Source of the DNA: Terriglobia bacterium
Lineage (GTDB): Bacteria; Acidobacteriota; Terriglobia; 2-12-FULL-54-10
Length of the DNA stretch: 64,000 nt
NCBI GenBank assembly: GCA_963666975.2
Contig: CAXVYR010000004.1
Span: 1 to 64,000, forward strand
Reading direction: 5' to 3'
In this document: piece by piece, positions 10,208-20,071 of the stretch
Position numbering within the stretch: the first letter of the stretch is position 1
How the letters are laid out: each line of letters opens with the position of its first letter
The notes under the pieces: model-generated
What the model saw: the letters and a program-made list of their open reading frames with translations, nothing else
Database searches by the model: none
What the model was told of the DNA's origin: nothing
Position numbers and translations under genes: made by a program

Positions 10208-12109
10208 TCAGTAGTTGGAGGCTTTGTAGACTGTCTTTCCGCCCACGGCGGTCAGCAAGTTCTTGATGGTGCCGATCTGATCCTCCGGAATCGTGAAATA
10301 GTCTTTATCAATGACAATAAAGTCGGCCAATTTCCCCACCTCGAGCGAACCGATGTCCTTCTCGCGCAACTCCCGCTCGGCCCCCCAGATGGTAGCCGCC
10401 TTCATCATGCTAATCCGATCCATTGCCTCATTCCGGTTGTAAGTGATCCCATCGTGGGGCATCCGGCGGGTCACAAAGAATTGGATGTAACCCCAAATGT
10501 TGCCCTCCCATTGAGGCGGGTAATCCATGTCCTTCGCATAGTAAGGAACTTTGGTCAAGTGCGCATCGGTGTTGAACACCGGATGGGCCCCAGCTTCTAC
10601 CAGGCTCTTCATCGGCGCCATCCAGGTCATGTACTGCTCCCCATAAGCTTTCAGAAATGCCCCACCTTTGATGTCTCCCTGCACCTGGTAACCGTTAAAA
10701 GCCGGCATTATATTGTACTTGGCCATCTTCGCGACCTGATCGGGACGAATCACTGGGTTGTGCTCCGTACTGATCCGGAGTGCCCGTACTTGCTCCAGGG
10801 TTAGCTTGCCCTCGGCCATCGCCTGTTCAACGATTCGGAACAGCGCATCGTAAGTTCCATCGCCATAGCCGTGCAAAAAAGACATTCGCAGACCTTCCTC
10901 CAGAGCCGCTCGCACATTCCGATAGCCTCCCTGGCCCTCGTAGTCGACCTGGTTGGCGCAGGGTTGGTAAGCGTTTGCGGGAACACTCAGGTTCGCCGGT
11001 GGCTCGGCCTCGGTACATTGAATACCGCCCTCCCAAACTTCGCTGGCAACACCGGCATTCCATATGTAATCGTTGCCGATTCCTCGTGCATCTCCCACAT
11101 TGCTAAACAAGAAAGGAATCATCTCAGGATCCTCTTGAATGTGAGAAGGCCAAAGGTTCCCTATATACCAGGCGTAACGGACGGGCAACTCGCCCCGCTG
11201 ATAGAGCAGGTTATATATCTTCATGATGGATGGGGTTCCATAGAAATGATTGCCGAAGGTCGTCACTCCATGGGCCGACAGACATTCCAGCAGTTCCCGC
11301 TTGAGTAAGTCAGCTGCCTCCTCTGTTCGTCCCCGCATCAGAATGTCCCAAAATACGCGCGTGCGTGCCGTTAACATGATCAGATTGTCGTAACCAAAAA
11401 ACCTCTTCATCTGCTCTTTCGCATTGCTGTTGGCGGCGTAAGGCCCAATTGCCTCCGTGGCAAACACCATAAGCGGGTTGTTCGGCGACAGCGTGTCCAA
11501 ATACGTCGTGTTAATTGTTCCAGAGATATCACCAAACTCGAAAAGCACACTGGCAGTTTTCCTTGATTCCGGGATGCTCTTCCCGCCAAACAGCGTAACC
11601 CAAATCCACTTGCCTGGACCTAGCTCTTGCGCCCTTTGCCGAACGACCCGTTCGAGTTCTCGTAATAGTTCGGCTTGGTCGTTTCCCAGGGCGTAAGCGA
11701 TTTTTAATTGAGGATCGTTGTATCTCTTGGCAGTAATGTCCCCTTCTGCACCCATCCGATGTTCGATAAGCCACAGATGAGGGTGCGTGTGGCCATCAAT
11801 CAGGCCCGGCAGCACCCGGCGCCCCTTCGCGTCCAGCACCTCGGTGTTCGGGCCGGCCAGAAACCGGATTTCGTCATTCGTTCCCAGCGCCAGAATCCGG
11901 TTGTTCTTCACCGCCATGGCCTCGACCTCGGTCAGCCGTTCATCAATGGTAGCAATCTTGCCATTGACAACAATCAGCTCCGGATAGGCATTCAACCGCT
12001 CCAGCTTCCTCGTCAACTCAGCGGCGCTTTGTCCCTGCGCACTTCCGGGTACAAGAAGGAAAATCAGGGCAAATAAAATCATGCTGCTAAAAAAACCGGT
12101 TCGTTTCAT
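10208..12109 (-). CDS. secreted metal-dependent amidohydrolase (YtcJ / Amidohydro_3 family)
   Basis: Signal peptide, VLPGLIDGHTH metal motif, and GSLEVGKLADFIVIDKD. Confidence 0.9.
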   Translation of the reverse strand: MKRTGFFSSMILFALIFLLVPGSAQGQSAAELTRKLERLNAYPELIVVNGKIATIDERLTEVEAMAVKNNRILALGTNDEIRFLAGPNTEVLDAKGRRVLPGLIDGHTHPHLWLIEHRMGAEGDITAKRYNDPQLKIAYALGNDQAELLRELERVVRQRAQELGPGKWIWVTLFGGKSIPESRKTASVLFEFGDISGTINTTYLDTLSPNNPLMVFATEAIGPYAANSNAKEQMKRFFGYDNLIMLTARTRVFWDILMRGRTEEAADLLKRELLECLSAHGVTTFGNHFYGTPSIMKIYNLLYQRGELPVRYAWYIGNLWPSHIQEDPEMIPFLFSNVGDARGIGNDYIWNAGVASEVWEGGIQCTEAEPPANLSVPANAYQPCANQVDYEGQGGYRNVRAALEEGLRMSFLHGYGDGTYDALFRIVEQAMAEGKLTLEQVRALRISTEHNPVIRPDQVAKMAKYNIMPAFNGYQVQGDIKGGAFLKAYGEQYMTWMAPMKSLVEAGAHPVFNTDAHLTKVPYYAKDMDYPPQWEGNIWGYIQFFVTRRMPHDGITYNRNEAMDRISMMKAATIWGAERELREKDIGSLEVGKLADFIVIDKDYFTIPEDQIGTIKNLLTAVGGKTVYKASNY

Positions 12110-12360
12110 GAGTCTTTACCTCCGCTGCGAGATTCTCGATCCGTATTGGGTTGTGCCGCCTCTCTCCCCCAATTTTCGCAAAAAACAGTCTCCTTATAAA
12201 ACCCAGAATTCCACACCTCCGCAAAAGCGTTCTTTGCCTTGCGGCTGCTCTCTATAGCCGTTTCAGCGAAGGTGTATACCGAGCTTCATCGCAAGCTAGC
12301 CCAGTTCCGAGCGGCGCAAGCAAGCGACCACCAAACGCTGGTCGATTCAGCTAGTTTTTG

Positions 12361-12388
12361 GGACGCTCCCTTACGGTCGCGGCTCGGA
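12361..12388. repeat. REP-like dispersed palindromic repeat
   Basis: CGCTCCCTTACGGTCGCGGCTCGGA, with relatives at 22178, 36876, 61469 and 61529. Confidence 0.7.
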
Positions 12389-12526
12389 TCGAGTATACAG
12401 CAACTCTGAAACGGGTCTCGCCCTCGGAATAACTTTTGGATTCCTGCAAAGCAAAAGCAGGTACCCCGCAAGTGGCTGCGAAGGCCACTTGCGGAAGCAC
12501 CTGTGTTTGCCGTCCCCAAACAGGAC

Positions 12527-15500
12527 TCAGAAGGTGAACTTCAAGCCGAACTGTATCTGCCGGCTGGTGGTAGTGGTTCCCACAATCCGGCCCGCGTTCG
12601 GATTTACTCTGCCCTGCGCGTCGAGGAAAACAGTGGTGCCGGTTCCAAAGGAGCTGGGCGGAGCGAAACTGGGATGGTTCGTAATATTGAAGAACTCCGC
12701 CCGGAGTTCCATGTTCTTTCCTTCTCCGATGCTGTTATCCTTGGAGAACGACAGGTCCCAATTCGCCAACCCCGGACCAATCAGGGTGTTCCTGCCCACG
12801 TTGCCGAAGACACCGGCGAACTTCTCGGGGTCCGGATTCTGCGGGATAGTAAACTGGGATGTATCGAAGTACTGTTCCGGAGTCCAGTTGTCGAAAACCG
12901 GGTTGTTGTTTCCACCGGGAATCAAGTCCGGCCTCTCGGGGTTGGATTGCTGGCGATTCCCGGAAATGCGCGGGCTCATTGAAATGTTCACGGGAAGCCC
13001 CGTCCGGAAGGTGTTGGTTCCTCTGACCCCCCAGCCGTTCAGCAGGGCATTCATCACGCCGGAGGAACGGCTGACTGACGGAAACTCATAGATGTAGGAG
13101 AAAATCGCGTTGTGCTTGATGTGCAGGCTGGATAGACTTTTCTCCGCATCGATGTCGTACGCATTCCAGACGGTAAAGGCGCTGCCGCGGGAAAGCTCAG
13201 CGCATTTGGTCCCCGTGGAGTTCATGTCAATGTTCCGGGAAAAGGTGTAGGAGGCATTGAACTGCAACCCCCTGCTGAAGCGCTTCTCCACTACGACCTG
13301 GGCGGCGTTATACCAACCGTCCGTAAACGGAGCGATGAGACGAATAGAAGTGAGATTTGGATTCGGCACTACGGACTCCTTGGGCAGAACCCAACGCCCG
13401 CCGATGTCTAATGGGGGCGCCTGGTTCGGGTTGTAAACGCCAAGCTGATTGATGTTTCTCGTCCCCACGTAGTTGGCCTTCACCACCAAGGTGTCCGTCA
13501 CTTGCCGCTCCAGTGAAAGATTGTACTGCAATATGTAGGGGATCTTGAAATCGAAGGGAACGAGCAAGGGTTCCGTTGTGTTCCCTTCCTCAAAGGTGAA
13601 AGGGATCTCCGGAAAGAAGATCTGGAATCGCTCGGAGTAGGGAGGCACATTCAGGGCGAGCTGATAGACGTACTCGAGCGGCATCTCCTTGAAGGCCCCA
13701 AGCCCGCCCCGCAAAACGGTCTTCTGGTCGCCAAAGGGCGTCCAGGCAAACCCGAACCGGGGAGAGAAGCCCTTCAAGCCGTCGCGAGTCTCAAACAGCG
13801 GGTTGCCTTTGCCGAGTGGGGTAATCACCGACTCTCGCAGCACGTCTTTAATCTGTCCGAGCTTTCCATCGATTTCTGTCGGTCCGGTGATACTCTCCCA
13901 ACGCAGGCCCAGATTCAGAGTGAGACCCTGGCGGACCTGCCAATCGTCCTGGAAAAAAAACGCGCCGTAGGTCTGCCGCCAGTTACGGTTCACATCGGCG
14001 ATTTGACTGCCCGGAACCGAGGAGCCAGCCAGCATGGTAATGAACAAAGGCTTGGCAGCCAGTACGTTATCGATGCTGGTGTAAATGAGCTGGCCGTAAA
14101 CCCAGGGCTCGTTGGATTCCTCCATGAGGTATTTCTTGACCTCTCCACCGATCGTTATCGAATGGCTGCCCTTATTGATGTTTATGGTGTCACTAAAGTC
14201 GAGGGTGTTGTCAATAAAGAAGGCCGGCCCGCTTAGGCTGGGGCCGATGTCGCCGTACAAGTTTAAGCCTCCGCCCAGGGTCCAGGGCATGCACGTGCCC
14301 GTTACAAACCGCAGCACGCGATCCAGACCCGCGCAGTCATCAAATTGGTCGCCCCGCAAAGAGATGGGCCAATGCAGGTCATCGTTGCGGCGGGTGAAGC
14401 CGAACCGGGCGGTGTTGAGCACCGTGGGACTGAGGATGTGGGTCTCGGAAATCGCCGCTACCCAGTAGGCCCCGGTGCTGGTCCCAAAATAATCGCCTTT
14501 CGGAAGTTGTAAAGGCGTGGGGTCGGTTCGGCTGCTGCGGTCAATCGTTAAACGCCCGAACAGCGAATCGTTCTCCCCAAGCTGCTGATCGACTCGCACC
14601 GTCCCATAATCTTCCCGTTGGGGCGAGATGGAGGTAAAGAAGAAGTCAGCCAAACCTCCTCCCCGATAGGGACCATTCGGCAGCGGAAACAGATCCAAGA
14701 ACGGTTTCGCGTTCGGGCTGACTTCCACGGTTCGGTTAATGCTGCGGTCGGCATTGGTGATCATGCCTTGCCGTGTCTCGGCGGTGGGAACGAAGTTGAT
14801 GGTAAACCTCCCGTCCCTTTTCCGGATTGCCTCATAATTTAGGAAGAAGAAGGTCTTATCTTCTTGGATCGGCCCTCCAAAAGTCGCCCCAAACTGGTTC
14901 TGCTTCAGAGGGGCCTTTTCTTGCGATGCTACATTGAAGAAGTTCCTGGCGTCCAGTTTCTCATTCCGCAAGAACCAAAAGGCGCTCCCATGCCAATCAT
15001 TCGTTCCCGATCGCGTAACGGCATTGACCACACCTCCGACGGATCGCCCATATTGCGCCCCAAAGTTGTTCTGCAACAGCGTGAATTCCCGAATCGCATC
15101 CACCCCCAACTGTTGCCCCAGAACACTCGCCACCGGCATGCCTTCCGAGGGAGTGGTCGTCTCCAATCCATCCAGCAGATAGAGGGACTGCTGTGCCTTG
15201 GCGCCATTGATTGACCGCCGCTTGGCGCTTCCTGTATAGACTCCGTTGAAGCCCGACGCCAGGGTGACCACACCAGATATAACTCCCGGCTGGAGGCCCG
15301 TCAGGTCATCGAAACTGCGGCCGTTGAGAGGCAGATCGCGCATGGCGCGTTCATTCACCAGGCTCCCCACCGTGCCGCTGGTGGTCTCGACCAGCGGGGC
15401 TTCGCCCGTCACCGTAATGGTCTCCGCCACTGCTCCGATCTGGAGGGCGAAGTCCACGACCGCCGCGCGGCCCACAGTGAGCGTGATGCCGCTGCGCACC

Positions 15501-15781
15501 GAAGTCTGAAAACCCGCCGACTCCGCCGTTATTGCGTAGTTGCCCAGTCCCAACTGCGACACCCGGTACCGGCCCGCCGAATCGGTCGACACAGTGCGGG
15601 TAATCCCCGTCTCCAGATTCCGCACCGTAACCACGGCGCCGGGAACCACTGCCCCGGTGGAGTCGCTCACCGTACCCGAAATCGTCGCCGTGGTAACTTG
15701 CGCATACCCGTTGGCGAGGGAAAGCGCCACGACAAGAAATAACGAAATCAGGGTGAAATTAACGGACTTCTTGAAACGCAT
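12527..15781 (-). CDS. TonB-dependent receptor, Oar-like, with N-terminal carboxypeptidase-regulatory-like domain
   Basis: ISGTVSDSTGAVVPGA, LPLNGRSF, YGRSVGGVVNAVTRSGTN and terminal RQIQFGLKFTF. The signal peptide starts at MRFKKS (15781). Confidence 0.93.
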   Translation of the reverse strand: MRFKKSVNFTLISLFLVVALSLANGYAQVTTATISGTVSDSTGAVVPGAVVTVRNLETGITRTVSTDSAGRYRVSQLGLGNYAITAESAGFQTSVRSGITLTVGRAAVVDFALQIGAVAETITVTGEAPLVETTSGTVGSLVNERAMRDLPLNGRSFDDLTGLQPGVISGVVTLASGFNGVYTGSAKRRSINGAKAQQSLYLLDGLETTTPSEGMPVASVLGQQLGVDAIREFTLLQNNFGAQYGRSVGGVVNAVTRSGTNDWHGSAFWFLRNEKLDARNFFNVASQEKAPLKQNQFGATFGGPIQEDKTFFFLNYEAIRKRDGRFTINFVPTAETRQGMITNADRSINRTVEVSPNAKPFLDLFPLPNGPYRGGGLADFFFTSISPQREDYGTVRVDQQLGENDSLFGRLTIDRSSRTDPTPLQLPKGDYFGTSTGAYWVAAISETHILSPTVLNTARFGFTRRNDDLHWPISLRGDQFDDCAGLDRVLRFVTGTCMPWTLGGGLNLYGDIGPSLSGPAFFIDNTLDFSDTININKGSHSITIGGEVKKYLMEESNEPWVYGQLIYTSIDNVLAAKPLFITMLAGSSVPGSQIADVNRNWRQTYGAFFFQDDWQVRQGLTLNLGLRWESITGPTEIDGKLGQIKDVLRESVITPLGKGNPLFETRDGLKGFSPRFGFAWTPFGDQKTVLRGGLGAFKEMPLEYVYQLALNVPPYSERFQIFFPEIPFTFEEGNTTEPLLVPFDFKIPYILQYNLSLERQVTDTLVVKANYVGTRNINQLGVYNPNQAPPLDIGGRWVLPKESVVPNPNLTSIRLIAPFTDGWYNAAQVVVEKRFSRGLQFNASYTFSRNIDMNSTGTKCAELSRGSAFTVWNAYDIDAEKSLSSLHIKHNAIFSYIYEFPSVSRSSGVMNALLNGWGVRGTNTFRTGLPVNISMSPRISGNRQQSNPERPDLIPGGNNNPVFDNWTPEQYFDTSQFTIPQNPDPEKFAGVFGNVGRNTLIGPGLANWDLSFSKDNSIGEGKNMELRAEFFNITNHPSFAPPSSFGTGTTVFLDAQGRVNPNAGRIVGTTTTSRQIQFGLKFTF

Positions 15782-16259
15782 GGGCTGCCACCTTCGATGC
15801 TGCCCGGTGGCGGTCTCTACTGCTCCAGAGGTCGTCACCGCCGTAGTCAAAGCACCCCCCCTACCAAGAAGCAGACGCACTAATCGCGTCCCAAAGAATC
15901 CCTTCCGATGCATGAGAAGCCTCCTTTTTTCAAAAGCGCATCGTTCGAGCGAAAAGCAAGCCCCAACTTGCCTCGAAGAAACGACACAGTTTCAATTCTG
16001 TTGCGAAAACCGGCTTAAATCATAAAATTATTACATTCCGCCCCAAAAGGGGTGCGTCACTCTGGTTTTGAGGAAACGAACAAGAATTCGCGCAAGGAGG
16101 AGTCGCTAAGGAACAGCAGGATTTTGAGGATACACTTGATTTCCAGCGCATCATGTATGGCTACGGCCGAGTCAACAGTTTCGGATCTTACGCTACCTTC
16201 ACCCCTTTTAAAGCTTATACGCCTGTCCCTCCCCTCCGGTCAAGCTTTTTTTTCGGAAT

Positions 16260-17678
16260 TGTCGTTAGCACATGATATGTCCGGTGGAAATAGCAAGTGA
16301 AGTGTCCGCTTGGAAGGCGGTCTGGGGTAAAAGCATCTATCCAGGAGGTGGAGATGGAGTCATACCCGAGGGCCGCGATGGAGCGGGCAATGAAGATACA
16401 AGAAGTAATCTTGCGAGCGATGGGGAAGCGGATCAACTGGTGGCAGGCAGCCGAGATCATCGGGATCAGCGACCGGCAGATGCGGCGGTGGCGCAGCCGG
16501 TACGAGCAGTACGGCTACGACGGGCTGTTTGACCGGCGGCGGGGAAAGCCGAGTCCGCGGCGGGTACCCCTGAGGACGGTGGAGAAGGTGCTGGGGCTGT
16601 ATCAGGAGAAGTACTTTGACTTCAACGTGCGGCACTTTCACGAGAAGCTGCGGGAGGAGCACGGCCTCCGGCTGAGCTATACGTGGGTAAAGCTGGCGTT
16701 GCAGGGGGCGGGGTTGGTAAACAAGAGGCGGAAGCGGGGCGTGCACCGCCAGCGGCGGCCCCGGCGGTCGTTGCCGGGGATGCTGCTGCATCTGGATGGG
16801 AGCCAACATCAGTGGTTTGTCGATGATCGCTGGTATGACCTGCTGGTGGTTCTGGATGATGCCAGCAGCGAGATTTACTATGCGCAACTGGTGGAGCAGG
16901 AATCGACGCGGACGGTGCTGGCTGCCCTGCGGGAGGTGGTCGAGCAACAGGGGGTCTTTTGCGCCCTTTATAGCGACCGGGCCAGTCATTTCTTCCTGAC
17001 CCGGAAGGCGGGCGAGCCGGTGGATCGGCAACGGCCGACCCAGGTGGGCCGTGCACTGCGGGATCTGGGCATTCAGATGATTCCGGCCTACTCGCCGCAG
17101 GCGCGAGGACGTGGCGAGCGGAATTTCGGGACCTGGCAAGGGCGGCTACCACAAGAGTTGCGCCTGCGGGAGATTACTACGGTCGAGGCAGCGAATGGGT
17201 TCCTGCGGGAGGGCTATATCGGGGAGTTCAATCGGCGCTTTGCCGTGCCGACCGCCCAACCGGGCAGCGCCTTTTTGCCGCCAGCCAGACGGGAGTTAGA
17301 CCGCATCTTCTCGATCCAGCACGAACGGGTAGTGAATCGGGACAATACGGTCAGTCTGGAGAACCGCCTCCTCCAGATCGAGAAAACTCCCTGGCGCGGG
17401 ACTCTGGCGGGCTGCCGTGTGACCGTCTATGAACACCTGGATAGGACGTTGAGCATTGGCTATGGACCGCACACAGTGGGTCGCTACTCCTCCGAGGGGG
17501 TGGCGATCCGGTGCGGTGGTCGGCGGCGGAGCCCCGTGGCTTCCCGACGACACCATTCGGCGCTCACCTCCGTCGCCCTACGGGCTCCTTCGGTCAGCGC
17601 CGAACCACTCTCGGTAGGATCATGAAACCGGACACTTCACTTGCTACAAATACCGGACATTTTAACTTGCTAACAACA
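16260..17678 (+). mobile_element. complete IS1202-like (ISNCY) insertion sequence
   Basis: About 50-bp imperfect IRs with internal repeats: TGTCGTTAGCA...TGTCCGG...TAGCAAGTGAAGTGTCCG versus revcomp TGTTGTTAGCA...TGTCCGG...TAGCAAGTGAAGTGTCCG. Confidence 0.88.
16354..17625 (+). CDS. ISNCY/IS1202-like DDE transposase
   Basis: AGGAGG then ATG at 16354. HTH AAEIIGISDRQMRR, LHLDGS.H.W, LYSDRAS and PQARGRGER.F.T.QGRL. Confidence 0.92.
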   Translation: MESYPRAAMERAMKIQEVILRAMGKRINWWQAAEIIGISDRQMRRWRSRYEQYGYDGLFDRRRGKPSPRRVPLRTVEKVLGLYQEKYFDFNVRHFHEKLREEHGLRLSYTWVKLALQGAGLVNKRRKRGVHRQRRPRRSLPGMLLHLDGSQHQWFVDDRWYDLLVVLDDASSEIYYAQLVEQESTRTVLAALREVVEQQGVFCALYSDRASHFFLTRKAGEPVDRQRPTQVGRALRDLGIQMIPAYSPQARGRGERNFGTWQGRLPQELRLREITTVEAANGFLREGYIGEFNRRFAVPTAQPGSAFLPPARRELDRIFSIQHERVVNRDNTVSLENRLLQIEKTPWRGTLAGCRVTVYEHLDRTLSIGYGPHTVGRYSSEGVAIRCGGRRRSPVASRRHHSALTSVALRAPSVSAEPLSVGS

Positions 17679-17937
17679 GCTTTTTTTGGTCGTGTTCTGG
17701 GACACGGAATAGAGATCGTACCCCCCTGGAAAAGATTCGGGTGTTTAAGGACGACCAGGGTGGGGGAACTGGGGAGTTTCTTGCGGAAGCAGGGCTAGGC
17801 GGAGGGAGCGAAGCGACTGGAGCCCGGCTCTGCTTCCGCGCGGACTCGGGGACACCGGGGTCTGGCACACTGTGGTTTGCCCAAACCACAACAGGAGCCA
17901 GCATCCTCTCATCTGCCCCGTCCCATATTACAATCTC

Positions 17938-18329
17938 ATGCGCCACAGCAAAGACCCTAACTTCCTCCGTTTGCAAATGGCCCGCTTCGCCCAACAGCAC
18001 GGCATCAAGCCCGCCGCCCATGCCTTTGCCACCACCCCCAAGACCGTCCGCAAATGGTTCCGCCGCTGGCAAGCGCAGGGTTACGGGGGCCTGCAGGAAC
18101 TCAGTCGGGCTCCCCACCATCCCCTGCGGCGCATCCGGCACCAAGAGGGGCTGCTGCGGAGGAAACGCCGCAAGCACCGCGTCAAACGCGACCTGCGCGC
18201 CGTCAAAGCCGCCTGGCGCCTGTGGGAGCAGATCGACTTGGACACCAAGGACCTCGACGACATCCCTCAGCTCTGGCCCCAGATTCGCCGCCTGGGCTTG
18301 CCCCTGATCCAGCACACCGCCCGCGAGAC
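17938..18329 (+). pseudogene. IS481-like transposase N-terminal (HTH) fragment
   Basis: HGIKPAAHAFATTPKTVRKWFRRWQAQGYGGLQELSRAPH and IDLDTKDLDDIP, with no complete catalytic core. A possible left end TGTTCTGGGACAC is at 17693. Confidence 0.65.
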
Positions 18330-18450
18330 GGGCTGGAAGAATCCGACGGCACTCATTACCTGGTCATGGAAATGGTCCCCGGCGAAACTCGAGCTGAGCG
18401 CATCCAGCACGATGGAGCAGTCCCCATTGAGGAAGCACTATGCACTGCTT
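18330..18450 (+). pseudogene. Ser/Thr protein kinase fragment
   Basis: GLEESDGTHYLVMEMVPGETRAERIQHDGAVPIEEAL corresponds to Hanks kinase subdomains IV-V, isolated. Confidence 0.75.
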
Positions 18451-18570
18451 GTCGCTATCGATTGTTGGCTTGATTATTAGGTGCGCTAACAACGCTCGTA
18501 AGAAATTTCACTGAAACCCGTATTTTCCCGAGTTACGACGGCTGGTTCTGTTTTAGTACTGTCTCCCTAG

Positions 18571-20071
18571 CAGCCCGTGGTGGAAGGGGCTTTTTTCAAG
18601 CCGCGTTTCGTTGATACCCCAGTGACGGTAGAACGGTCCATTGGACTAGGGAAAGTTCCTGGGGGTGGTGATGGGATTCCGAGCAGCTTTCCAGAACCAT
18701 CCAGACGGCATAGAAACAGAAAAACAGGTGGTTCCGGAGGTCTTGCAGGCCGCGCGGCGTCCCCACTCCGATTTCCCGGCGCAGGATCAGGCTCAGGTTG
18801 AACGCCGCCACATGAATCAGCAGCCGCTTCAGGATGTTCCGATGCCCCCGCAGATGCGTCCTCCTCATTCCGCCCGTGTCGTAGACATGCGCAAACGTTC
18901 GTTCGAGGAACTCTCCCCGCCGGCGCAGGAGTTGTTTGCCCCGCTCGCCCCGGATGCGCCGCCGATTCCCATAGACCGCCGCCTGCTGGCCTCGCTTGCC
19001 GTTCCACTTCCGCCGCCCTCGCTGCGGCTCGGAAATGTAGGACCGTACCCCGATCTCCCCCCAATCTTCCAGCAGCGCCCCGCTATGATAGCCCTTGTCC
19101 GTTACCACCTCTTCCAGTCCCCGCGCCTTCCTCTCTTCATCCGCCGTTGGTTCTTCCCCCGCCGCCTCCACCTGTTCGGCGGCCTCGATGAATGTTTCTT
19201 TGATCGTCGTCGTGTCGCCCGGGTCCGCCCCTTGCACCGTCACCGCCACTACCGCTCCCGTCTCCAGGTCTACGGCATGTTCCGCCTTGTGCGCCAGGTG
19301 CTTCCGCCCATCTTTCATCTTCGTGATGCGCGCCTCCGGATCGTGCGGGTTCACCCACTCCCGGTTCGATCCCTTCTGCTTCCGCTTCCGGTCCAGCCGC
19401 GCCAGCTCCTCCCGCGTCGGCGTCTCGATCCCCGATTCCTTCGCCAGCCGCGTCAGAAACTCCGCGTAGCTCTCCCCGCTCTCCCGCCGCACAATGCTAC
19501 GCAGCGCCGCATTCGCTTCCAGCGTCGTCGCATCGATCCCCAGCGTCTTCCCCGCCAGCAGTCCCTTTCCCGCGATCATCCCCAGCACCCAGGTGAACAC
19601 GTCCCGGTGTGTTTCCACGTCGATCAGCCGCCGCGTCCGCGAGATCGTCGAGTGATCCGGCGGCGCCTCCTCCAGTCCGATCCGCAGAAACCGCCGCAGC
19701 CCCAGCGAATCTGCCGCTCGCCAGGCGATCCCCCGCTCTGAATCCAGCCCCTCAAAATACCCGATCAGCAGCAGCCGGAAGTAGATCCCCGGAGCTAAGC
19801 TCGGCCGCCCCATCTTCGGAGCGTAGAACTTCCGGCACCGCTCCTCCACAAAGGTGTCATACCCGGCTTCCGCCAGCAGCTCATTTAACCGCTCATAGAA
19901 TGGATGCCCCCCAGACCGCGGCAGATCGGCCGTCGCGATCCACAAACCTTCCTGTCGTTCCTGTTGTTTTCGTGTGCCCATCGCCATGCCGCCATTGTCG
20001 AACCTCTCCCTCTTCCTCGCAAGCCCATTCTTCCAAAATCTCGCCCTCCGACACACTTTCACCACGGGCTC
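18571..20071 (-). mobile_element. IS1182/IS5-like insertion sequence, copy 2
   Basis: Same IRs and CTAG flanks (18567-18570 and 20072-20075), and only a few substitutions versus copy 1. Confidence 0.92.
18596..19987 (-). CDS. DDE transposase (IS1182/IS5-like), copy 2
   Basis: Nearly identical to 3933-5324. Confidence 0.92.
   Translation of the reverse strand: MAMGTRKQQERQEGLWIATADLPRSGGHPFYERLNELLAEAGYDTFVEERCRKFYAPKMGRPSLAPGIYFRLLLIGYFEGLDSERGIAWRAADSLGLRRFLRIGLEEAPPDHSTISRTRRLIDVETHRDVFTWVLGMIAGKGLLAGKTLGIDATTLEANAALRSIVRRESGESYAEFLTRLAKESGIETPTREELARLDRKRKQKGSNREWVNPHDPEARITKMKDGRKHLAHKAEHAVDLETGAVVAVTVQGADPGDTTTIKETFIEAAEQVEAAGEEPTADEERKARGLEEVVTDKGYHSGALLEDWGEIGVRSYISEPQRGRRKWNGKRGQQAAVYGNRRRIRGERGKQLLRRRGEFLERTFAHVYDTGGMRRTHLRGHRNILKRLLIHVAAFNLSLILRREIGVGTPRGLQDLRNHLFFCFYAVWMVLESCSESHHHPQELSLVQWTVLPSLGYQRNAA

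Noticed and set aside
17662-18315. 217-aa minus-strand ORF
   Set aside because: Antisense of the IS481-like fragment, with no independent protein signature.
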